A model generated the notes under the pieces. It had not been told where the DNA came from, searched no databases, and saw nothing but the letters and a program-made list of their open reading frames with translations. Made by a program: the position numbers and the translations under genes. Of a stretch of DNA of 64,000 nucleotides, positions 63,588-64,000 are shown one piece after another. Each line of letters opens with the position of its first letter. The stretch's first letter is position 1. Source of the stretch: Algisphaera sp. (GTDB lineage: Bacteria; Planctomycetota; Phycisphaerae; Phycisphaerales; Phycisphaeraceae); contig JAZGFZ010000051.1 in assembly GCA_036480015.1 (NCBI GenBank), positions 2,319-66,318 on the forward strand, given 5' to 3'.

Positions 63588-63660
63588 TAGCCCGAGTGGG
63601 ACTCGAACCCACACTGGCACGATTTTAAGTCGTGTGCCTCTGCCATTGGGCTACCGGGCC
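63588..63660 (-). tRNA. tRNA-Leu(UAA), short variable loop, no encoded CCA
   Basis: GGCCCGG-TA-GCCCAATGGCAGAGGC-A-CACGA-CTTAAAA-TCGTG-CCAGT-GTGGG-TTCGAGT-CCCAC-TCGGGCT-A, 73 nt. Confidence 0.9.
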
Positions 63661-63773
63661 GGTTGCCAAACGCCAAGAGTTTAGCCGTTTTTGTTTACCC
63701 CATGTGTCCCAAGCTTCAAGCGCCGCGCCACCAACAACCACAAAGGCCGCAGCTTTGACACACATGCATTCCC

Positions 63774-64000
63774 TTAAACGTCGAATGTTTTAAGTTGCTT
63801 AACCAAGTCTTCGCATGCTGGCGCGTAGCGTTCACCAAACACCCGCACGTGCATCATCATGGTGTTTAACCAATACACGCGGCAACGCCGACTAAACCCC
63901 GCCTTTAAGGGGTGACGGGCACGGTAGGCATTAAAAAAATAGTCATCCGCCGTGCGAAACAACCGCAGATAAGCCAATTCATATTCAGGATCACAATAAG
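63774..64000 (-). CDS. C-terminal fragment of fructosamine-kinase-family protein
   Basis: YCDPEYELAYLRLF...FFNAYRARHPL..GF.RR..VYWLN...HV..FG..Y. Confidence 0.65.
   Translation of the reverse strand, partial: YCDPEYELAYLRLFRTADDYFFNAYRARHPLKAGFSRRCRVYWLNTMMMHVRVFGERYAPACEDLVKQLKTFDV

Noticed and set aside
63615-63630. Sigma-54 promoter (TGGCACG) near rpoN
   Set aside because: No TTGC at -12; the sequence is the tRNA anticodon arm.
63825-63835. GTAGCGTTCAC as a boundary-motif copy
   Set aside because: It lies inside a coding region (GERY). This shows the identical 11-mer at 7645 may also be chance, so neither is counted.

Overview
This is a moderately GC-rich bacterial chromosomal segment. 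Gene content (DUF3467 protein, giant LepB, prepilin/H-X9-DG protein, scattered nuo genes, reduced dcw cluster) points to a planctomycete, probably Phycisphaerae; that placement is inference. It carries housekeeping genes (nuoH, nuoB, lepB, ilvN, prfA, rpmE2, cysD/cysNC, rsmH, ftsI, rlmN, rpsA, purQ, recR, rpoN, tRNA-Leu), a 12-gene cryptic sugar-catabolism locus (10.4-22.8 kb), an RND efflux trio and a P1B-4 ATPase. The standout is a complete IS110 element (31503-32771). Its upstream non-coding end folds like a bridge RNA, and its four guide segments can be matched by eye to the element's own ends (CT core) and to its insertion site. The target guides point to an intergenic short-repeat family with unoccupied copies elsewhere in the window. 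Also notable: two tandem paralogs built from five HTH-like repeats, a four-helix-bundle gene bracketed by inverted heptamer arms inside cysD-cysNC, nested families of intergenic repeats and MITEs with signs of internal inversion, and a tRNA-Leu(UAA) lacking the long variable arm. Protein family calls come from motif recognition only; no searches or folding programs were run.
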